Shown: in pieces, positions 1-12,080 of the stretch | How the letters are laid out: the number at the start of each line of letters is the position of its first letter | How positions within the stretch are numbered: the stretch's first letter is position 1 | Assembly (NCBI GenBank): GCA_010909165.1 | Contig: VJWM01000025.1 | Coordinates: 1-64,000, forward strand | Origin: Anthoceros angustus | Lineage: Eukaryota; Plantae; Anthocerotophyta | DNA: 64,000 nt | Direction of reading: 5' to 3' | Position numbers and translations under genes: made by a program | The notes under the pieces: generated by a model | Told to the model about the DNA's origin: nothing | What the model saw: only the letters and a program-made list of their open reading frames with translations | Databases searched by the model: none

Positions 1-104
1 ATGTGAACTGTGTGCATAGGACCATAGCCCTTAACGGGCGTGGCAGGGAACCGGGCGCCAAATAGTCGATCGCGACGCGTGCGTGCGCCGGCCGGGTGGG
101 TCCC

Positions 105-200
105 ACCACAGTGGCTGAACCAGCCACCGCGGTGGCCAAACCCACCACGGCGGTGGCGGAATCCACCACGGCGGTGGTCAAACTTACCATGGTCGTGGGC
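105..200. repeat. Degenerate ~21-bp tandem repeat with palindromic CCACCGCGGTGG-like core
   Basis: Units such as ccaccgcggtggccaaac, ccaccacggcggtggcggaat and ccaccacggcggtggtcaaac; about 5 copies. Confidence 0.6.
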
Positions 201-2782
201 TCGGACACGGTAGTTGATTATGGTTGGGTAGGAACTGATTGTAGGAGGACTAGAATCCATAGTTTTGGAACATCTTGACACAAAACCATTCCCTTGGGAT
301 CGAATCCTAGGACTATAACGACATAGAGGGTAAATGTGGCCTCTTTGGCCTTCGGATGCAAAACCCATTCCACACCACCCACCGGTTGTCTTCTCGCACT
401 AGCCCATGCACCCACAACCCCATACTCATTCGCCATCGGCAGGGTTTAACTCAACTTAGGACCCATAAACCCCAAATAACCACCCCTACCCACATATATA
501 GACCTTGTAGTGGATATCCGAGGTCCATGGGCCAAGGAACACGAGTTTCCCGACCATTTATTATCTAACCTGAGCAATAAAACAAAAGAACTCCATAGGC
601 CAAGGACATTTTTACTATGAATATCCCCAACCACCGTCAATCAATTTATTTTCACACCACTCTCAAAAAAAAAAAAAAATTCCTGGGGCACATTTTAACA
701 GGGGTTTCCGAGACTAGATCGTTTACACACCCTCATCACAGTTCACCATGGACTTATCTGTATGCTCCACCGTCCTTCTGTGATGTCCTTGAGTTCCCTT
801 CACAGCACCTCGCCTGGCTAAGTCAGCAGCCACCTTTGCTGTACGCCGCCGCCAGATCCAGCTCAAGGGATTGCTGATGTGCAAAATTTCATTTCAGCTT
901 GGATGTAGGATCCAACTCGCTCATCCACACTTCCCAAGAGCTGTCGCTGTCCAAGGAAACTTCGTTATGCTACGTTGGGATCCGTATGGTCGCCTCCTAA
1001 CAAACATCAACAATCCGCCGGCTGCTGCTTGCTATCTTATCGCCTAAGTGCTTGGCGCGCCTTCTCTCGCCGAATCACGGGTGCTCGCGCCTTGACACCT
1101 CCTCAAAAGAGGGAGCCTCCCGAACGCTGCTCTCAATAATTCCGCGCAATTACGGGTGATCACGATTTTGACACCTGCTACCCACACGCGATTTGTGGCC
1201 ATCCTCAGAACTCACAGACGCGTTCAGCATTGCATGCACATCCGGATGCATGCCACCATGCATGCATGTCCATAGCGGACATACATTCATGCACATGCAT
1301 GCACCCACATACCCCTTCACCGAACACAACACCAGGGTGTCATGACAGCTGCCTGCTGCCTAGCAACCTCGGCCCTCTTCACATCCAGAAGTTTCTCCAT
1401 TTCATTAAGCGTAGCGAAGACAGCTTCAACCTGGTCAGCTAGCACGGGAGCAGTGGGAGGTCCTCCGTGAGCCCTGGCTCTGCGGCGAGGAGCGCTCTCC
1501 ACTTCCTCATCCGTGGAGTTTGGAATTGGGTCCAAATCTGTCAAGCTGGGTCTGGATGCTTCGGAGGAATCGGAAGACTCCAGCTCTATCACTGGACCGA
1601 TAGGGTTGCGAGGAGGCAGAGCGGGTGCTGGTGCCACTTCAACTTGTGCAGCGGCCGCGTACCGATGGGCGCTGGACGCCTGCCTCGCCCCTCACACATA
1701 CCGCCATTGTTGGCCTTCTTCATCCTTGTGCGTCTTGGGCTAAGGGTGGCGTCAGCACTGGGTGTAGCTCTTGTGCGCGTTCTCATCTTTATGTGTGTCA
1801 CCGCTCTTCCGAACAGGTAGCATGCGCAACATAAGAGGAACGTGGTCAAGAGCTCCATGTGATGTACTTTGTCACTCAACTGGTAGCTGGGGCGTAATGT
1901 TTCTAAATGATCGTTGCCTGTGCGGAGTAAAGTGTGTAAACCTCGTTTGGGTTTAGTGGGAGTGTTGGGGGATTAAACCCAACACTAGTTTACTCAAGAT
2001 AGGTTAATCATAGGTTAATTTGTCTAACTCAAAAGACACTTACAATTTTCTATATAAGGACATCTTTATTCTTTTATTAAATATTCGTTTAGAGTCTTGC
2101 TCTCTAGCCTAGGTGTTCTAGGTAATTGCAAGATATATTTAACAAGGACTTCGCACCTCCGCCGTTTGTGGCGCGGAAGGGAAATCATTGCAAATACACC
2201 GAAGGATTTGCAACTATAGATCTTGTCAGCTACGCGGCACAAAGCCTCTTAATTGTTCTCTCCACATTGGTATTAGCATGTACGGCTTTTGCCTTCTGGC
2301 ACTAGGGGTCCTCAAAATAGCCCTTCATTTAAGCATGGTTTTGAATGATAATTATGTTTAGGGTTACCAGCAAATGCACATGATGTCACCCGAACGGGGT
2401 TTCATACTCCCAGTTCGAAGTGGAGAGTAATCCAGAGCAAGATTTAGCACGTTGAGTGAGCCGTCAACGTGTCGACTTGTTTAGGGTTGCGCACTAAGAC
2501 AAAGACCTCGATGCTTTTCCCAAGACGAGACCAGACAAGCGTTCATCGGGTCCGCAATTTCATCTTCGCCGTTACCATCTCGCCTCCCGGTATGCACCCC
2601 CTTCTGCTGTTGACAAGTGCATCATGCCGTGCTAGCCATACCCCCAACCTGATGCAAGGCCTAGTAGGAACTGGCCCTTATTTGTCACTGATCCATTCCT
2701 ATCCTATCAAAACCTTATCCTTGCAAGTGATCCCTATGCTGCATAGGGCATGCAAGTGTCCCTAGTGTGAGACTTGTGGCAT

Positions 2783-2783
<1 letters not shown>

Positions 2784-2872
<89 letters not shown>
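2784..2872. repeat. (TTA)n microsatellite
   Basis: Uninterrupted TAT/TTA run of about 89 bp. Confidence 0.98.
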
Positions 2873-2873
<1 letters not shown>

Positions 2874-2974
2874 GCTTTCCCTTTTGACTATGCTTCTCCG
2901 CCAACCCAATACTGCACTGCCAAGCTCTAACGGACCTTGACTCTCGGTGTCAGTGACAAGGACGTTGAGGCTTA

Positions 2975-3285
2975 GTTGAGCTTCTTATTCTCCCAAACTT
3001 TGCCCACACTCTGACACTTGTTCCAATGCACACACGGCAGATGCCAGTTTTAAGTTGAGCTCTTTATTCTCCTAAACTCTACCCTCACTCTCATGCTTGT
3101 TCAATTGCACACATGGTAGAGACCAGCTCTGAGCTAAGCTTCTTGTTCTCCCAAACTCTGCCCTCACTCTCACGCTTGTTCAATTGCACAAATGGCAGTT
3201 ACTAGCTTTCAACTGAGCTTCTTGTTCTCCCAAACTCTTGCCCTCACTCTCATGCTTGTTCAATTGCACACATAGTAGATACCAG
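2975..3285. repeat. 79-bp minisatellite, ~4 copies
   Basis: Unit (g/a)(t/c)t(g/a)agcttcttgttctcccaaactctgccctcactctca..cttgttcaattgcacac recurs at 2975, 3054, 3133 and 3212. Confidence 0.9.
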
Positions 3286-3290
3286 TAGGC

Positions 3291-3388
3291 AGCGTTGAGT
3301 GCAACTCATACGATGGAAGTTGGAACTTGCCATCGTAGTAGCGTTGAGTGCAACTCATACGATGGAAGTTGGAACTTGCCATCGTAGT
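3291..3388. repeat. Exact 49-bp tandem duplication of a double-hairpin unit
   Basis: agcgttgagtgcaactcatacgatggaagttggaacttgccatcgtagt occurs twice; internal stems are tgagt/actca and tacgatgg-aagtt/aactt-ccatcgta. Confidence 0.9.
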
Positions 3389-3959
3389 TAAGACGTTGCG
3401 GTTCCAAGGACTTTTCGAGCAACTGTATGTAAACTAAAGGTTTTACGGGTGTTGAGCGGATGGACTGGGAGAAAGCGAGCGCAATGTCATACTTAACCTT
3501 ACTAATTGTTATAAGACAAAAAAATTCGTAGCATAAGAGCTAAAATAGTGTCAAAATTATCTTCGTTGGGACCCCATTGGCCAACGCCAGCTCGACTATA
3601 CTCAAGCAACAAATGGCCACCTGCCACTTGCATGTACGATCGACCATGGGTATCACTTAATGTGAATAATATCGAATATTATTAAGCAATCTAAAAATTT
3701 ATAGGTGAAATTTTTCCTCCCAAAATTTTCATTGTCGCAAGTAGGTCGGTACAAATAGCATGGTAACGAATCGAGTTCCCTACGTTTACAATGCCAAATT
3801 GCAGGTCCAACGGTGGCCATACACTAGCTGGTTACATGGTGAAACAATACAACCTCACGCACGGGCAAAACATTCCCGGGATTCGACCACACACGGGAGG
3901 GTCCCAAAGAAATTGCATTTTGGTGAATTAACCAAGATTAGGTGTAATATATAGGTACA

Positions 3960-4200
3960 GTGAAAAATTGTTGCCACTAGTGCTCCTGCCTCTGAAGTGG
4001 TGGCGCTTCTCTGAAGTGGTAGGTAGTGCTTGTCTTCTTACACTGTTGCACCTCGTTCGGACTCCTCGAGGTGAGATGGGCGGGAGGACCTGGTAGAACC
4101 CATGTACGCGCACCAAGTGCAATTTGTCAGGTCCACTACGGGTCCGGAAGCCATAATGTGGCCATCATTCCGGGCCCGCCGTCGGAAGACGAGTTTAACG
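3960..4200 (-). pseudogene. Diverged relic of the PPR gene 5' leader and start of the PDF module
   Basis: aaaaattgttgccac..gtgctcctgc and gtccactacgggtccggaagccataatgtggccatc align to 7342-7620; stops in the MATVWQ-equivalent frame. Confidence 0.7.
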
Positions 4201-4564
4201 ACCGACCATGTCCGAATGGATGCCCATGAATTGTGCACGACTACTCCCCCCCTACACCACTCCCTGTCGGAAGATGAGTGTAACAACATCAGCGTTGAGG
4301 AACCGCTATCTGAAGATGAGTCTACAACATCCAGGGGCCGCTATCGAAAGATGAGTCTAAAATGAATGTCTGAAGTGGAATGTGACAGAAAGAGGGTTTC
4401 ATTCGATTGTGTTGTCCTCTGTTATGACGACAGGTGGATCAGTGCTAGCGATCTACCGGTAAGTCCATGTCCCAGTTTAGAAAGGGATGGAGTTAAGGAA
4501 GCACATTCATCCCCAAAGACGAAGGCAGTATTCTCTGGCGTGCACACTTGAGACTTGGTTGTTC

Positions 4565-4969
4565 TCAAGGCCGACCCTTACAACTGCAACAACCATTTGC
4601 GAATCGATGCAAACGGTACCCATCCCTTACCACAATGTCTCTCTTTTCAAGCCTTGACATAATCTCCGTGGAACTGTGGCAGTCACTGCACATGCGTAGA
4701 TTCTTCGTTACCACCAGAGGTGTCCCACCCGGAGTGTTCAACAGACCAAACGCTAGAGCTAACTTCTCAGCATGCCCACAAAGCACATCTTCCTTTTCCT
4801 TCTCAGACAGTGGCTTCAACACCAACTTTGTGTGAGGTACGTGGCCTCCATCCTCCTTCAGACGAGCATTTGTGCTCTCTACCTTGAGCGCAATATCCTC
4901 TCTCCTTTCTCCCACCAGAAATCTGTGTACCTGCTTATTCACTTCAATGGTCGCAACTGCAGGTTTCTT
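4565..4969 (-). other. DYW:KP (KPAxA/GRP) deaminase-like domain of copy A
   Basis: KPAVA replaces the PG box; HAE and CxxC zinc ligands are intact; GRP replaces DYW. Confidence 0.93.
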
Positions 4970-7590
4970 GTTAGCTCCAACTAGCCTTCTCTGTGTTTCA
5001 ATCCTGTCAGCATCGGTCCACCGACCTGCATCTGCATAAGCATTGGCCATGAGCACATACGCAGACGCCCACTGAGGGTCCAGCCTAACAATGCTTTCAA
5101 AACACCAAATCGCCCTTTGAAGATCTCCGTGACTCTTGCAGGCGTTCAGCAAAGACATCAATCCCACAACATCGCGTTGGCACTCGCATGATAAAAGCAT
5201 GTTCACAGCCTCATCTACATGACCTGCACGCCCAAGAAGATCAATCATGCACGTGTAATGCTCAACAGTAGGTTTGATGCCATGCTTTTCAGCCATGGAA
5301 TCAAAGTGTTTGCGACCCTCGTGGACCAGTCCCTCATGACTGCATGCTACTAGAAGGCAGGTAAAAGTAGCATCATTAGGCTGAACACCGGCAACTAACA
5401 TCTCCTCAAAACAAGCTAGTGCCTTGTGACCTTCATCACAAGTACCATACCCAGATATCAGGGCGGTCCATGTCACCACATCCTTTGTGGCCATGCTGTC
5501 AAAAACCTGGCGTGCATCTTCCAGTTCACCACATTTTGCATACATGTCCACCAGGCAGTTGCCCAGCACTACGTTATTCAGCAGTCCCCTTTCCACAAGC
5601 TGTGTGTGCAGCTCCCTTCCCTTCTGTAAGGCACCAGTGCTTGCACAGGCCTTCAAAAGGCAAGCAAAAGTAACATGGTTCAGCCAAAATGAGGCCTCTT
5701 GCTCCATTTGTCCATACACAACAAGCGCCTCTTGGCGAGTCCTTGCTGTGCATACCCAGCAATCAGGGCATTCCATGTCACCACATCCTTTGTGGCCATG
5801 CTGTCAAAAACCTGGCGTGCATCTTCCAGTTCACCACATTTTGCATACATGTCCACCAGGCAGTGCCCACCACGTCATCCAGCAGTCCTCTTTGACAATC
5901 TGTGAGTGCAGCTGCCTGCCCTTCTGTAAGGCACCAGTGCTTGCACAGGCCTTGAGAAGGCACACAAAAGTAACATGGTTAGCCAAAATGAGGCCTCCTC
6001 CATTTGTCCATACACAGAAGCGCCTCTTGGCGAGCCTTGCTGTGCATACCCAGCAATCAGGGCATTCCACGTCACCACATCCTTTGTGCGCATGTTGTCA
6101 AAGACCAGGCGTGCATCTTTCAGTTCACCACATTTCGCATACCCAGCAATCAGGGCATTCCATGTCACCATATCCTTTGTGGCCATGATGTTAAAAACCT
6201 GGCGTGCATCTTTGGTTTGGCCACATTTTGCATACATGTCCACCAGGCAGGTGCCAACAAACAATCCAGGAGGAATGCCACTGAGCAACAAATCACAGTG
6301 CACTTTTCTGCCGGATTCCAAGTCGGCGGCAAAGGCACAAGCTTGAAGGGCAGCTACATAGACGTGGGCATCTGCCTTCACTCCTGACCTGCACATCTCA
6401 TGGTACAGTTGTATGGCCTCGCGAGGTTTTCCATGCTTAGCGTATGCCGAAATTATGGAAGACCAGGTGAAAACATCTGGTTTGCCTACCCTGGTGAACA
6501 CATCCATGGCCTCCTCTAGCCTTCCTCCACATGCATACATGCGCAAGATATGGTTCCCCAAGTATGCATTCGACTCGTACCCAAGTTTGACACTGAGATT
6601 ATGAACCCGTCGCCCCATAACCAAATTCTTCTTAGCTGTACACAGTTTTGCACAGTGTAAAACAGAGACAGAGAAATAGCAGTCTGTCTGCCAGAGATTC
6701 CAGGGCTCCAACGGCCTCAGAAAGCTTCCCTGCTGACATAACGTGCTCACGGTTCCAGACGACGCCCATTTCCGATCCTGCACGCCTGCCAGGTTCAGGC
6801 TTATCCGGAGCTGGACTTGGAAGGCACCATGACCCATCTGCATATCCAAGGAAACGAGCTGCTCATCAACCCAAGCTGGCTTGAACATGTTGCTTAAACA
6901 CAGGACCTCGCCGGACCCCTTACGCCGGAAGTCAGGCAAACTCTTCTTATCTCGTCTGTTATCCCACCACATGGTAGGGTCCAGAAAAAATAGTTGCCAC
7001 AAGTGCTCTTGCTCCTGGCGACGACCGCCATCGTTGGAAACCCTGTCCCAAGCCATACTTTTTCTTGGTAGTGGAAGTGCTGGGCTCCTTGCACTGCTGC
7101 CCCTCGAGCCCGTTTGCGATTCTGCAAGCCTCCCAGGTTCAGGATTATCTGGAGAGCTCGACTTGGAAGGAGAGGGACCGTGACGCATCTGCACATCCAA
7201 GGAAAAGAGCTTCTCATCAACCCAAGCTGGCTTACACATGTTGTTTAACCACAGCACCTGATCGGACCCTTTTCGGCGGAAGTGAGGCGAACGGAAGCTC
7301 TTCTTATCTCGTCTGCTGTCCCACCACATGGTACGGTCCAGAAAAAATTGTTGCCACAAGTGCTCCTGCTCCTGGCAAAGACTGGCATCGCTGGAAAACC
7401 CGTCCCTACCCACACATGTTCTCGGAAGTACAAGTGCTGGACTCCTTTCACTGCTGCATCTGGAGGCTTTGTTTAGCATAGGTTGACTCCCTAAGATGAG
7501 GTGAGCGGGAGCTCGTGGTAGAATCCCTGTACACACCCCAATTCCAATTTGTTGGGTCCACAACGGGTCCGGTTGCCATACTGTGGCCAT
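4565..7590 (-). CDS. PLS-class PPR protein with 2 N-terminal OSB-like PDF motifs and C-terminal E1-E2-DYW:KP (GRP-type) domain; putative organellar U-to-C editing factor (copy A, frameshifted in this assembly)
   Basis: ORFs 5875-7590 and 4565-5776 are joined by frameshifts. P/L/S motifs: VTWNALIAGYA, HVTFACLLKAC, CLVDMYAKCG. C-terminus: KKPAVATIEV, HAEKLA, KNLRMCSDCH, CSCKGRP*. Start codon uncertain. Confidence 0.92.
6840..7370 (-). other. Two tandem OSB-type PDF motifs (357-bp module duplication)
   Basis: LWQQFFLDRTMWWDSRRDKKSFRSPHFRRKGSDQVLWL..PAWV..L..LD and LWQLFFLDPTMWWDNRRDKKSLPDFRRKGSGEVLCL..PAWV; these match the OSB consensus LW..FF..P..WWDNR..K.....PDF..K..GE.LWL. Confidence 0.85.
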
Positions 7591-7930
7591 CGTTCAGGGA
7601 CCGCTGTTGGAAGATGACTTCAACAAAAGAAGGCTAGGCAGGATGCCCGGATACTGTGTATCGTCACCATACCACCCCACAAAGCAAAACAATAATACCG
7701 TAGTCTAACAAGGTTGCCAAATAGGTAGGATACTCTGGTGCAGCGAGGATGCCATGTCTCCGACACGCTCTTTTGGTACATCCTCAAGAGGTGCATCGCA
7801 GAAGAAGTCTGTCTGTGGTGTGGACTTCGATTTATACTTTCAAATATGTGTGAAGTTTCCGATCTCACTAAAACAAAGATGTCATCACGGGAGCCATATA
7901 CTGCATTTTAAGGGATTCACCTGGCTCTCG

Positions 7931-8595
7931 CCACAGCACCTCGCCGGACCCTTACGCCGGAAGTCAGGCGAACGGAGCTCTTCTTATCTCGTCTGTTGTC
8001 CCACCATGCGGTCCAGAAAAATTGTTGCCACAAGTGCTCCTGCTCCTGGCAAGACTGGCATCGCTGTTGTCCCTACCACACATGTTCTCAGAGTACAAGT
8101 GCTGGACTCCTTTTCACTGCTGCACCTGGAGGCTTTGTTTTAGCAGGGTTGACTCCTAAGATGAGGTGAGCGGGAGCTCGTGGTAGAACCTATTTTACCA
8201 TTCCAATTTGTTGGGTCCACAACGGGTCCGGTTGCCATACTGTGGCCATCGTTCAGGACCGCTGTTGGAAGATGACTTCAACAAAGAAGGCTAGGCAGGA
8301 TGCCCGGTACTGTGTGTCGCACTGCACCACCCACAAAGCAAAACAATAATACCGTAGTCTAACAAGGTTGCCAAATAGGTAGGATACTCTGGTGCAGCGA
8401 GGATGCCATGTCTCCGACACGCTCTTTGGTACATCCTCAAGAGGTGCATCGCCAAGTCTGTCTGTGGTGTGGACTTCGATTTATACTTTCAAATATGTGT
8501 GAAGTTTCAGTCTCACTAAACAAGATGTCATCAGGGGGCCATTTTCGTGCGGATCTGCGTTGCGTGGCCTATTCACCTGGCTCTCGCCACAGCAG
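7931..8595 (-). pseudogene. Duplicate of the PPR leader plus a partial PDF motif
   Basis: Aligns to ~7250-7940 with small deletions. Its PDF DNA (cctcgccggacc..gaagtcaggcgaacg) resembles copy B more than PDF1 of copy A. Confidence 0.8.
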
Positions 8596-8689
8596 CACAC
8601 AGTTTCCTCAGGCGTTGTAAGGATCTTGTCTTGACATGAGCAGACTGTCTCTGCTCCCCCTCAATCAGTCACCTCCAGGGCTCGTAGGG

Positions 8690-9110
8690 AATTCAAATAT
8701 GACCTGCACGTTCACACGAGCCCCAAATGACTTGGACCATGCTGCCCTGCCGCAGCATTGTTGAATTGCAGCACCTCCCGATTATCGCTATGTACTAGAA
8801 GTCGGCAGGCTCCTCTTAGGTGGGACACACGCAAATGCTGAGTCATCCCTAAGTTTCGAATCGGTCATTTTTCTGCCACTGCCCAGATGGGTTACCTGAT
8901 GCGCGCACCTCAAGCATGGCATGGTCAGCACCAAGAGCTTTTTTGTTGTGCGCTTTTTTCCTTTTCAAGTTTCCCGAGTTTCAAGTTGAGGGGCCGCGTG
9001 CGTTTAGGGGGCTTGGCCTGGCCAGGACCTATGCACCTACCTCCAAACTACCCAATCGCCCCTGCCCAATGGATCACCTGGCCAAACTGCCATAGTCTGT
9101 TGTTTTAGTC
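8690..9110. repeat. ~430-bp dispersed repeat, copy 1 (paralog at ~11445-11880), possible gene fragment
   Basis: gagccccaaatgacttggaccatgctg...gagtcatccctaagtt...ctgccactgcccagatggg is shared by both copies. Confidence 0.8.
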
Positions 9111-9182
9111 TTTTCGTTTTCCACCACCGGACATCATCCGGTGTCTCTGCTGTAAAGCTGAATATAGTAGACGTTATTAATA

Positions 9183-9527
9183 CCGTACCTCGAAGGGTGG
9201 TTCAACAGGATAATGTCGAAATAATTATTTTTTGAAAAAAACAAGGTTCAACATAAATATTTATATTTTTCAAAATTTCAACATTTACAAAAAATAATTT
9301 TATCAAATTTCAATATTTATTAAAATATATAGGTATATATAAAACTAATGGATATGTATAGATCTCCCTAAATAGGCCCTAATTTTCCACACAAACCCTA
9401 GTTTCCTTATTTTCGATCATAAACTCATAAATTTTTACCTATTCAACATTTTAAGTATAATAATTTCTGAATTTTCAACTTTTACTAATTTTAATTAATT
9501 AACGCTGAATCATCCCTTGGGGTACGG
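9183..9527. mobile_element. Tc1/mariner-like MITE
   Basis: Imperfect ~23-bp TIRs (ccgtacctcgaagggtggttca / tgaatcatcccttggggtacgg), TA on both flanks, AT-rich non-coding interior. Confidence 0.7.
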
Positions 9528-9529
9528 TA

Positions 9530-11155
9530 GACCGAGAAATTTCATCTACCCCCAAAGTCCGAGGAGGAATAACCCAAAAAGGGCTTATGGTAAAAAGGGA
9601 AGTCCTAGTCCCCTCAAATGCCTTTCCCGTAACTACCTATTGTACCAATGATACCGTGATCAGGGATGATGAAGGGCCTACCTACCACCTGTGCTGAATA
9701 AGCATATTGTACACCTCAAGGATGATGAAGGGCCTACCTACCACCGGTGCTGATCAAGCATATTGTACACCAAACCGTGCATCAACCCAGGAATCTTCAA
9801 CCAAACACCAAGTCCGATCCAAGCAACTTGCAGGATTTGTGGATGAGTGAAAAGCGATCCCAGCCACCTAAGATGCTAGCAACAACCAACAAGATGCAAG
9901 AAAAGAGGACAAGATGTGGGACCAGTATATCTTTCTTTATTAGCAGCAAGATAATCTATTAGACAACAATGACATGTGCAAATCCAATTTCTAATGCCCC
10001 CAGGCCCCACATATCTAGCCTCTGGCTGCTCCTTATCTCGCTATCGCATTTCCTTTATCTCGATATCACTTGCTAGATAATATTTATATTCTTCTAGATA
10101 TCTATTCAATAACTATCCCTTGTCCCTTTTATATTAATCATAATATTCTAAGACTAATATCTATGGATAAATCCTTATGTCCATGCCCATCCACATGCCA
10201 CATGCCATACATCCATCCACATGCCACATAACATACATCGGTCACATGCACATACACATGATGCACCCATGGCATCATCTATCATGCCATCCTCGTTACA
10301 CAACCTACAGCTTTATTAAATACAGAGCCTCTTGTCATCCATGCCATGACACAGGCCTTCACTCCAAACACCACGGACTCAGAATCCCTGACCATCAATT
10401 GAAATTGAGATGCGCTGAGAAGGGAGCAACATTGAAGGCAAAAGTTTAAAGCATGAATGCTTTCCCAACCACGAGAGGACGCACACCAACGTCCGGGGAA
10501 GGATTCTCCATAGCAACCAAGCTACTACTTGGGAAAATCTGGGGAGGTGTCTTGCTCCGAGCCACAAAAGCATCTAGGAGAAAGAGCTTCGGAATACCAC
10601 TAGGAGAGTCTTGTAGGAGAAAAAGGTCTCTAAGTTGCTCGAACATATAATGGAAAGAAGACTTTATTATAAAAAATATGGGAAAAACCAATCCACCCCA
10701 AAAACAAAAGGGGAAAAACCCAACTAAGGGCACCATGCCAGGGGACTAGCCCCATGATCGCGTATTTCAAAACTACCAACCGCCCCAAGAACTTCGTGGG
10801 CAAGGATGTGGAAAGGCCTACCTACCACCGGTGTCGAAGAAGCTGCATGATGTGGAAAGGCCTACCTACCACCGGTGTCGAAGAAGCTCGTGTAAGAAGT
10901 CGCATCTCCCGCGTCACTGCCGTTTCCATAGCCATCAATACTCGAACAAATTTGATGAAAGACACGGGTCAAAGAGAGCTACGGAGACGCCAGGTTCTTA
11001 TCAAACTAGTTTTCCAGTATGCATTTTCTTTGTCTTATGCATTATCTTACTAAACTTTAAACCTACTTGGATCTTTCTACTTTTAATTTAACAAAGTCTC
11101 CTTGTTGAATTAAATAAGTTGTAAATTTATAACTTGTAGGCTGATCACAACAACA
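9530..11155. mobile_element. Possible solo LTR or retroelement non-coding segment
   Basis: Repeated ggcctacctaccacc motif (~9673, 9731, 10815, 10859), a TATA-like stretch, and a ...caaca end; no 5' TG or TSD confirmed. Confidence 0.3.
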
Positions 11156-11444
11156 TTTTCTTCCCCTTCCCCTCGCGTGCTCACTGCTGTAGTGCCCGGT
11201 TGAAATCATGGTTTGAAGTTGCAGCATTTCAGAAAACAAAATAAAAAATAAAAAAAAGAACTATGGTTTAGCCAGCGACTTGGAGCTAGGAGTGGCTGCA
11301 GCAATGGCAACCTACAAGAAGTGCTGATACATTGTCAGGAGGTGGCATCCCTGGATCAACATGCGCTGTGATGCCACACACTGATCAACGTTAATGCCTA
11401 GGTACTTGGTTTGGATTTGCAGACTGCATAGGGCCCATAAGAGA

Positions 11445-11880
11445 TTTAAAGATGACCTGAACATTCATACGAGCCCCAAATGACTTGGACCATGCTGGCC
11501 TGCTGCAGCATTTGATGAATTGCAGCAACTCCCGATTATCACTATGTAGAAGTCGGCTGGCTTCTCTTGGGTGGGACAAACGCAAATGTTGAGTCATCCC
11601 TAAGTTCCGGATCGGTCATGTCATTTTTCTGCCACTGCCCAGATGGGTAACCTGATGCCCGCACCTCAAGCATGGCATGATCAGCACCAAGAGCTTTTTG
11701 TTGCGCGCTTTTCTTTTCAAGTTTCCCCAAGGTTCGAGTTGAGGGCCGCGGGCGTATAGGGGGCCTGGCCTGGCCTGACTGGGTTCCAATGCCTGGCCTG
11801 CGCACCTACCTCCAAACTACCCAATCGCCGCTGCCTAATGGATTACCTGGTCATACTGCCGTAGTCTGTTGTTTAGATTC
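11445..11880. repeat. ~430-bp dispersed repeat, copy 2
   Basis: Aligns to 8690-9110. Confidence 0.8.
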
Positions 11881-11897
11881 ATCTTCTTGGTGGACAA

Positions 11898-12080
11898 AAG
11901 ATGCTCGCCGAGTTTTCAAAAGCTTTGCCACGCAGGATGTGGTGACATTGAATACCCTAATCGCTGGGTGTGGTACTTGTGATCATGGTCAGAAAACACT
12001 AGCTTGTTTTGAGGAGATTTTAGTGGCCGGTAGTTAGCCTGATGGTGATACTTTTACTTGCCTTCTAGCGGCATGCAGAA
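11898..12080 (+). pseudogene. Inverted PPR fragment (S/P2/L2 region)
   Basis: DARRVFKSFATQDVVTLNTLIAGCGTCDHGQKTLACFEEILVAGS*PDGDTFTCLL matches DARQVFDSMATKDVVTWTALISGYGTCDEGHKALACFEEMLVAGVQPNDATFTCLL of copy A. Confidence 0.85.

Noticed and set aside
2715-2909. Poly-isoleucine ORF
   Set aside because: It is only the translation of the (TAA)n microsatellite.
2975-3388. Regular repeats with hairpins as a CRISPR array
   Set aside because: Units are contiguous with no unique spacers, no cas genes are present, and the context is eukaryotic.
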